Of a stretch of DNA of 64,000 bases, positions 50,201 through 57,000 are shown piece after piece. The notes under the pieces were generated by a model. That model was not told the DNA's origin. It made no database searches and saw nothing but the letters and a program-made list of their open reading frames with translations. This stretch comes from a virus. The stretch is taken from positions 28,333 through 92,332 of the IMG/VR virus record IMGVR_UViG_3300009702_000500. The stretch is one strand, 5' to 3'. Each line of letters begins with the position of its first letter. Position 1 is the stretch's first letter. Position numbers and translations under genes: made by a program.

Positions 50201-50533
50201 TATTTATACTGGGTAAGAGTTAGGGGCTATGATTATAGAGAGATAAAAATGAAAAAATTTGGTGAGGAACATCTTGTACATTTCGATAATTTAAACGTGA
50301 TATATAATCGTAATTCTGATTGGACAGAGAATGATATTGATTATGTATACGAAGGTAATGGTTCAGTATTCCCAGATGAAGTACAAATTAATGATCTATT
50401 TGTAACTGAAGATACAGCCACTACAAGTGGTAATACTATTTTTTTGGCAACTGATAATGGTGTGACAGTTATAGAAGAAAATAGAGGTGACGAAATTAAT
50501 GGTAACGTTAAATATTTTAAGATAGAAGCATAA
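47201..50533 (+). CDS. Virion/tail fibre-like protein (DUF2341-LamG plus propeller-like module), paralogue of 18034 and 21287
   Basis: LTDFPVLL, VWVKVP, PAQNVWDDNFVGVWHM, IIDEVRISKTARS, INDLFVT...NTIFLAT. Confidence 0.75.
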   Translation: MDWLKGYNKRRKITIPAGSVSEDLTDFPVLLHISENGSGITHVDTSDILDYKESVLLYDECNGSFSANWISHTNYESSSDFSGGAMALNIQQGMDREGCNALTKSTFECNGLFSIEFDWWPVPSSGWYNDNFTESQNDIKVVTPNPQYNANGWRYNRCEQEVGANSFLSLNLRSNKSNKVTIRQRINGGVATLLDHSFVYGSHHYIKWEVDFNNYTTEVFIDGDSMGGKVTWSASLITYISDHFKYNFHWNSYGRTASQRYDNIIIRGANTDLLQSVMMFEGQECFMEAVQQSSADKEAWVWVKVPTIYSGADTVLYLYYDKDPDIPVSSFIGFTTSVPAQNVWDDNFVGVWHMNQRPAGTHSILDSTSNTNHGTTHGYMNSADLVDGQVGKAIEFDGQDDYISVSNDSSLNFGLTGFSVSYWLNFNVGTTQQRWSIGKGYPYQSLRTGWAVANWTTGDPITPGVYVSDGTDYPTNHDIYFGSSMNRGDWYLLTFVINRTTDNLDLYFNGVYDSTLDISSLGSFDGTDPLYINAGCDNYNVNYAIIDEVRISKTARSAAWIDATYKTSNDNLIIFSDTEYLLGFAPPYPNMWITDDFIFKCETYSIGVYDTSASGLGNIQVIQRPSSVWADDDYLYIGTTASGILRHPMTSISGGIYTDLMDYKQYPDITNNGVIYIHGAGDYLCATTISGVDRIKISTDDHISSKYSADFGKCFQISNGDMYYLTRIQKLNLPYDPKYYRRIDFTDLISRDDYQIEINFDYTNFDYDKVGLYNGGDIKFFDKVGNLVPYFIDSYTDVTSIWVKPAIGVDYVYMTYGTRYTVTESDPESVFMLYDSFNSTVLDLNKWTVVGDLAKFSSDGDKLTCHNGDHDYIVSSGTVTFPVIIEQYLKKDFGGSTNGVCYTNLLTSEDDGLYWFNDTNTARKVVFNTEEFTRPSTHRSYDNTYYTLSTLIDNNRIQMKVVKDDGTVYINDVWTGETSGLPERHVKLFGGYSTHTSNYVYLYWVRVRGYDYREIKMKKFGEEHLVHFDNLNVIYNRNSDWTENDIDYVYEGNGSVFPDEVQINDLFVTEDTATTSGNTIFLATDNGVTVIEENRGDEINGNVKYFKIEA

Positions 50534-50543
50534 GGAGTTGTAA

Positions 50544-51626
50544 ATGGTTTATAGACATGAAAGTGCTACTGGTTCAAAAGATTTAAATGTTGTTTACAGG
50601 CCGTATAAATTAGAAGATTTGTTGGGTAATGATTCTAATAAAAGAATTATAGCAAAAGGATTAGACAATCAAACACTTCCACATACTATGTTGTTTACGG
50701 GACCAGCGGGGTGTGGAAAAACTACTACTGCCAGAATTATAGCAGCTGGACTTAATTGTGAAGCATCAGATCGCCCCACATCTACGCCTTGTTTAAAATG
50801 TGGTTCTTGTAGGTCTATTATAGATTATAACAGTGTAGATGTATTAGAGATTAATGTTGGAAAAACTGGCGGTAAAGGTGATGTAGAAAGAATAGTAGAT
50901 GACCTACCTACAGCACCATTTAAATCAAGAAGTAAAGTATTGATTTTTGATGAAGCACATAAACTTACGTCAGCAGCACAAGATCTATTATTGAAACCAA
51001 TAGAGGATGGGTTTTCTCATGTGTATTATATCTTTTGTACTAATCATCCTGAAAAATTAAGAACTAGAAAAAGTAAAGCAGAGGGAGAAGCATTTCTCGA
51101 TAGATGTTACGCTATGCATTTTGGTCCTATTTCCTCAGACGACGTGTATTCCCTTCTGGAAGGCGTTTGTGTCTGGGAAGGGGTATCGTATAGTGAAGAT
51201 GTTTTACGTTTCTTGGCGGACGAATCAGCGGGAATTCCGCGCAAAGGATTAAGATGGTTAAGACAGGTAATTGATGACGGTGTATGGAAACTACCAGAAG
51301 CAAAGAACATAGTGGGAGTTCTTGTTGACGAAGAGGATCCACAGATAATTGATTTATGTAGATCATTGGTCAGAGGTAAATTTAAAGACTCAGTGGGTAT
51401 GTATAATAAAATAAGAAATAATGGTGCCGAAAGTATAAGGATAGCAGTAGCAGGATACTTTGTAGCTTGTTTGAAGGGGGCAAAGACTGTATCAGAAGGG
51501 AACAAGTTTAGCGAGATATTAGACGTATTGCTTGTACCAGTGTACGAATCGGGTAAATTAGGGGATATGTCTATGATAAACTATATGTATAAGGTAACCA
51601 AAATAATTAATAAAAAAAAGAAGTAA
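50544..51626 (+). CDS. dnaX: DNA polymerase III gamma/tau-like clamp loader subunit
   Basis: YRP, GPAGCGKTT.AR, LNC...PC..C.SC, DEAH.L, LLK..E, DRC; gamma-sized. Confidence 0.92.
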   Translation: MVYRHESATGSKDLNVVYRPYKLEDLLGNDSNKRIIAKGLDNQTLPHTMLFTGPAGCGKTTTARIIAAGLNCEASDRPTSTPCLKCGSCRSIIDYNSVDVLEINVGKTGGKGDVERIVDDLPTAPFKSRSKVLIFDEAHKLTSAAQDLLLKPIEDGFSHVYYIFCTNHPEKLRTRKSKAEGEAFLDRCYAMHFGPISSDDVYSLLEGVCVWEGVSYSEDVLRFLADESAGIPRKGLRWLRQVIDDGVWKLPEAKNIVGVLVDEEDPQIIDLCRSLVRGKFKDSVGMYNKIRNNGAESIRIAVAGYFVACLKGAKTVSEGNKFSEILDVLLVPVYESGKLGDMSMINYMYKVTKIINKKKK

Positions 51627-51641
51627 GGGAAAAGGATTTAT

Positions 51642-52019
51642 ATGTCGTTAATTAAAACTAAGGGTGTTGCTTTACCAAAACCTAATTACGAATATATTAC
51701 TAAAGAAGAAGATGCTCGCAGAGCATTGAACGATATATACAGATATAATGAGTCCTCAGTTGATACAGAGTGTACTTCTTTAGACCCATTTATAGCAAAG
51801 ATGACTCTTTTACAAATAGGTACTGTAGATAAGGCATATGTGTTTGATGTAAGAGCTGATACGGATTATAGTGATGTATCTCTTAATTTATTTAAAGATT
51901 ATCTAACTGATAAGAGTAAAACAAAGTTGTTACAGAATGCTGTGTTTGATATGAAACTTATAAAGCATTTGGCGGGATTTTATATTGAAAATATATATGA
52001 CACAATGTTGTCAGAGTAA
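51642..52019 (+). CDS. polA: Family A DNA polymerase, N-terminal 3'-5' exonuclease part (ends at an in-frame TAA)
   Basis: ExoI VDTE, LLQIG, ExoII QNAVFD, YDTML; same frame as the downstream part. Confidence 0.85.
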   Translation: MSLIKTKGVALPKPNYEYITKEEDARRALNDIYRYNESSVDTECTSLDPFIAKMTLLQIGTVDKAYVFDVRADTDYSDVSLNLFKDYLTDKSKTKLLQNAVFDMKLIKHLAGFYIENIYDTMLSE

Positions 52020-52043
52020 TTATTTAACCTTGGTAAAGGATAT

Positions 52044-53549
52044 GTGGCTGCTGGTTTGGCTGCTTTAGTTTTTAGATATTTAGGGATAAATATGCCTAAA
52101 GAACCGGCTGGTACTTTTTCTGACTATGGCCAAAAGTTCAAACCGTATCAATTAGAATATGCTGCTAACGATGTAGTAGTACTTCCTATGATAAAAGAAC
52201 TTCAGATGATAAAAACTATATCTGAGGGTTTAGAAGATGCCGCTAGACTGGAGTTTGAGTTCACGAAACCTATGTGTGAGATGGAACTCAATGGCATTAC
52301 TATAGATGTTGATAAATGGCGTATAATTATGAGGGATATTGATAAAATACGGATGTCCCTACATGATGAAATAAGTGGCATGCTATCAGATTCGTCTGAT
52401 CAAATTTTTATGTTCGATGTTCCAGCAGTTAATATAGATAGTCCGGCCCAATTAAAGGCCGCTTTGTCAAAGATCGGTTTGTCTAATATAGACAATACTG
52501 ATGAAGCTACGCTTAATAAGTTTCAAGGTTTGCCGGTTATAGACGCATTACTTAAATATAGAAAAGCAAATAAGCTTATTTCCACTTATGGCGAAGCACT
52601 TCTTGAAAAGATCAATGATCTTACTGGTAGACTACATACTGATTTTAGACAGATGGTATCTACTGGTAGAATGAGTAGTGCCAACCCAAATCTTCAGAAT
52701 ATACCTAAAAAACAAATGTATCGATCATGTTTTATAGCAAAGCCGGGATACTCCTTAGTCACCGCAGATATGTCTGGTGCCGAACTTAGAATACTTGGTA
52801 ACTTATCACAAGATCCCGTTTTTATAGAATGTTATGCTCATGGTATTGATCTTCATACTAGAACGGCGTCAGAAGTTTTTGGCGTTGCTATGGAAAATGT
52901 TAAAAAGGATATGAGGAGTGGTGCCAAAGCCATTAATTTCGGTCTCTGTTATGGTCTTTCCAAATATGGATTGGCGCGCCGGTTGAAGATTCCAGAAAAT
53001 AAAGCAGATAAAATGATAAAATCCTATTTTAAAAAGTACACTGGAGTTAAAAGATTTTTAGATAAATCAGCTAAAGATGCAGTGATGAATAGATTTAGTA
53101 GATCTATTAGTGGAAGGAAACGTTATTATAGATTGCCAGAATATGGTGATCCAGATTTCGGAAGAGCTAAAGCTAGCGTAGAAAGGAAAGCTAAAAACGC
53201 ACCAATTCAGGGCTCTAATGCAGACACTATTAAACAAGCTATGATTTATTTAGTTGACAGATTAGAAAAGAGTGGTTACGATGCTAAATTGATATTAACC
53301 GTTCATGATGAAGTAGTAGTTGAAACAAAACATGAAGAGCGACATGAGGTTGGTGAAATTGTGGCTAAGTCTTTAGTAGATGGATTTGGACATTATTTTC
53401 ATTTAATACCGATGGAAACTGATGCTCTTATAGGACCATGCTGGTTAAAAGGTGAATGTGAGAAATGTAAATCTGATGAAATGATTTTCATTCCAGATAA
53501 GAAATATAAAACCAAATTAGTATGTAAATCATGTGGAGGAGATATTTAA
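52044..53549 (+). CDS. polA: Family A DNA polymerase, ExoIII + polymerase domain + C-terminal Zn ribbon
   Basis: YAAND, TGRMSSANPNLQNIP, motif A DMSGAELR, motif B KAINFGLCYG, NAPIQG, motif C VHDE. Confidence 0.95.
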   Translation: MAAGLAALVFRYLGINMPKEPAGTFSDYGQKFKPYQLEYAANDVVVLPMIKELQMIKTISEGLEDAARLEFEFTKPMCEMELNGITIDVDKWRIIMRDIDKIRMSLHDEISGMLSDSSDQIFMFDVPAVNIDSPAQLKAALSKIGLSNIDNTDEATLNKFQGLPVIDALLKYRKANKLISTYGEALLEKINDLTGRLHTDFRQMVSTGRMSSANPNLQNIPKKQMYRSCFIAKPGYSLVTADMSGAELRILGNLSQDPVFIECYAHGIDLHTRTASEVFGVAMENVKKDMRSGAKAINFGLCYGLSKYGLARRLKIPENKADKMIKSYFKKYTGVKRFLDKSAKDAVMNRFSRSISGRKRYYRLPEYGDPDFGRAKASVERKAKNAPIQGSNADTIKQAMIYLVDRLEKSGYDAKLILTVHDEVVVETKHEERHEVGEIVAKSLVDGFGHYFHLIPMETDALIGPCWLKGECEKCKSDEMIFIPDKKYKTKLVCKSCGGDI

Positions 53550-53550
53550 C

Positions 53551-53997
53551 ATGGACATTGGAAGAAATTTAAAGATTTTTTTTAAGAAATTACATAAGGA
53601 TGCAGTTGTACCAAAGTATGCGTTTGAATGGGATGCTTGTTGTGATGTATCTAGTGTAGAGACTGTTGTTTTGAAACCTATGGAAAGATATGCTGTGGCT
53701 ACAGGGCTAGCTGTAAAGATACCATCAGGTTTTGAAATGCAGGTAAGGCCTAGAAGTGGTTTGGCATTTAGACAAGGACTTACTGTATTAAACTCCCCAG
53801 GCACGATTGATGCTGGGTATAGAGGAGAAGTTAAAATATTACTATTGAATCTTGGTGAAGAAAGTATTAAGATTAGTAAGGGAGATCGTATAGCACAATT
53901 GAAATTTTCACCTGTTTATATCGGTCATTTTATAGAAGTAGATAATTTAAGCGCTACAAGTAGAGGTACTGGTGGTTTTGGTCATACAGGTATGTAA
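53551..53997 (+). CDS. dut: dUTPase (trimeric type)
   Basis: RPRSGLA, NSPGTIDAGYRGE, GDRIAQ, RGTGGFGHTG; ATG 53551 after GGAGGA. Confidence 0.96.
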   Translation: MDIGRNLKIFFKKLHKDAVVPKYAFEWDACCDVSSVETVVLKPMERYAVATGLAVKIPSGFEMQVRPRSGLAFRQGLTVLNSPGTIDAGYRGEVKILLLNLGEESIKISKGDRIAQLKFSPVYIGHFIEVDNLSATSRGTGGFGHTGM

Positions 53998-54009
53998 AGG
54001 AGGAGTAAT

Positions 54010-57000
54010 TTGATGAAGAAAGATATACTGTCAGAGAATGCGTTGAAGATAGCAAAAAGTAGATATTTTATAGATGACGAAGAGACTTGGGAAGAGCTTG
54101 CATTAAGAGTAGCTAGGGTAGCGGCATCTGTAGAAAATGGTGCAAGATCTGTTTATACTAATAATTTTGCTGAAATGATAACAGATATGGATTTTCTTCC
54201 CGGCGGTAGAATTTTAAGAAATGTTGGACGACCAAGAGGATCCCTTTTCAATTGTTTATCAAAAGATACTGAGGTTATTTCTGAGACTCGGGGTCTTGTT
54301 AAAATTACAGATCTTGATGTCAATGAACGTATATTGAATGGTGTCGGAAAATTTGATACTGTCAAAACTGTTATTAATAATGGGTTTAAAGAGAAATTAT
54401 TAGAAATTATAGTTGAAGGTTTTGGTAAAAATAATAAAATACTATGTACAGAAGATCATAGATTTTTAGTTTTTTCTTTTAAAGAAGGGTTCGTATGGAA
54501 AAAAGCAATTGAAATAAGTGACAGGGATTTTATGGTGACACCAAAAGTAGCTTTTGATGATAATGTAGATTCGGTCAACGTTGCTGATGTTGTTGATATA
54601 AAAGAATTGTATTCTATTTTTTCAATAAAAAGCATTAACAGCGTAGAATATAATGATTATGTTTATGACATATCTATGACAGACGAAACTAATCCTCATT
54701 TTACTATTGTTGGCGCGGTCAGTCACAATTGTTATGTACTTCCCTGCGGAGATTCTATCGAGGAGATAGGACAATACATAAAGGATTCACTTATCCTATG
54801 GAGTGAAGGTGGTGGAGTTGGTGTTAATATTTCACATCTTCGTCCTAGAGGTGCTATTATTAGAGGAAAGGGCGGAAATTCTTCTGGCCCTGTTAGTTTT
54901 TTAGAAGCAGCAAATGCAGTATCAAAGACCATCGAGTCTGGCGGGTCAAGAAGGGCGGCGGCCTTAGCGGGGATGCATGTGTCGCACCCTGACATATTGG
55001 AGTTCATTGATGCCAAACTGGTACATGGAAAACTTGACCATTTTAATCTATCTGTAGCTATAGATGATAAGTTTCTGGAAGCAGTTGAGACCGATGGAGA
55101 ATGGCAGTTTAAATTTGCACAGCAAAATTATGGAAAAATACAGGCCAAAGTTATTTGGGATAAGATTATAGAAAATATGGTATCTTGTGCGGAGCCTGGG
55201 CTATTACACTGGGGCAATCTTACAAGTAACAACTCGTATTATTTTGATCCTATACTTTGTTTTACAGGGGATACTCTTATTTCTACTACTGATGGCCTTA
55301 TCCCCATTAAAGATCTGGTAGATAAAAAAGTTAATACTGTTTCTGATTTAAGGGTTATTGGTTCACAGGGTACTTTTATAGAAGATGGTGTGGGTTTTAA
55401 ATCTGGAGTTAAAGAGGTATTCGAAGTAAAACTTGAAAACAATCAAAGTATAAAACTGACAGCAAATCACAAGGTGTGGACAAAGGATGGGTGGAAACAG
55501 GTAAAAGATTTGAAAATAAAAGAGGATTATATGTACGTCCAAAATTCTATATCCCAACATTTCGTTGGAAATATAGATAACGAAGATGAGTTTGATAAGG
55601 GGTATCTTCTCGGTTTATTGGTAGGGGATGGTTGGATTACTTGCCGTAAAGACGATGAAAAAATACAGTATGGTTTTTGTTTTAATGAGTCAGAAACCGA
55701 TATGATGAATTTTGTTGAAGAAAAAACAAATAAGATAGCTGATGGTAGAAAAATTAATTGGAGAAGAAGTTCGGGTGGTTCCAAGTCCTTTGAATTAGCC
55801 AGTGCTTCTACAGATGTAAACAAATATTTTAAACAATGGGGATATACTTCTAGAATAAATAAAAATGGTTATGTAAGTGGAACACGAAAAAGTAGTAAAT
55901 TTATTTCAGATGAGGTTTTATCAGAGACTCCTAGTTTTAAACGTGGATTTATTTCTGGGTTATATACGTCGGACGGTAGTATACAACGTGTTGGTAAGGG
56001 AAGCACAGGAAAAAACGGCAAAAAAATTACTTTTACCACATCAAGAAAACATATAGCAGAAAGACTACAGATAATGCTTAATGAGTTTGGTATTCCTTCG
56101 TCCGTTGGGTCAAGGATATCAAAATTAAATGGAAAACTGTTTACCGGTTATACAGTTAATATTAGTAGAACGTTAGCATGTCAGGCGTTCAAAGAACTAA
56201 TTGGTTGTAGACACTCAGAAAAAAATAAAAATTTGGAAGGTTATAGATTTGGTAGTAGATGGAATGAAAAGTACTATGGAATGTTTAAAGTCAAATCTAT
56301 AGAATCTCTTGGTGAGCAAGAAGTTTATGATGTGGAGACTAGTACTACACACTCATTGATTGCTAATGGGATTATTGTTCATAACTCCACCAACCCCTGC
56401 GTAGTGGGCGACACTTTAATAGCTGTTGCGGATGGGCGAAATTATGTACCAATCAAACAGCTTGCTGATGAGGGCAAGGACGTACCAGTGTATTCACTTA
56501 ATGAAAGCTCTGGTAAGGTTGAAGTTAAGATGATGCGTAATCCTAGAAAAACTGGTTTTAATAAGAAAATATTTAAGATTACATTGGATGACGGTTCATA
56601 TTTTAAATGTAATGAACACCATAAAATTTATATGAAAGACGCATCTATCAAAACCGCATCTGAACTTGTGCCAGGGGATAGGTTGAACCATATGGTTAAG
56701 TTCAATGCTTCTTTTGAAGAAGTTTTTAATCATTCTAATTCGAAATCACAAGACTATTGTTGGATAAATAATGGTTATGGTAAAACCGTTGCTGAACATA
56801 GGTTAATTGCTGAATTTTCTAAAGGTACCCCTTTAGAAAGTGACGATGTAGTTCATCATGTTGACTATAATGGATTAAATAACTCCTTTGATAATCTTAA
56901 AGTTATGAAGAGAAAAGACCACGGTCGTCTTCATTCTAAAAACATGTTGGGAAAGAACAACCCCATGAATCGTTTTCCAGAGAAAAATTGGCTAATAAAG

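Noticed and set aside
52017-52019. Genome-wide stop-codon reassignment explaining the polA TAA
   Set aside because: TAA, TAG and TGA all end genes cleanly elsewhere, and multi-kb ORFs are intact under the standard code.
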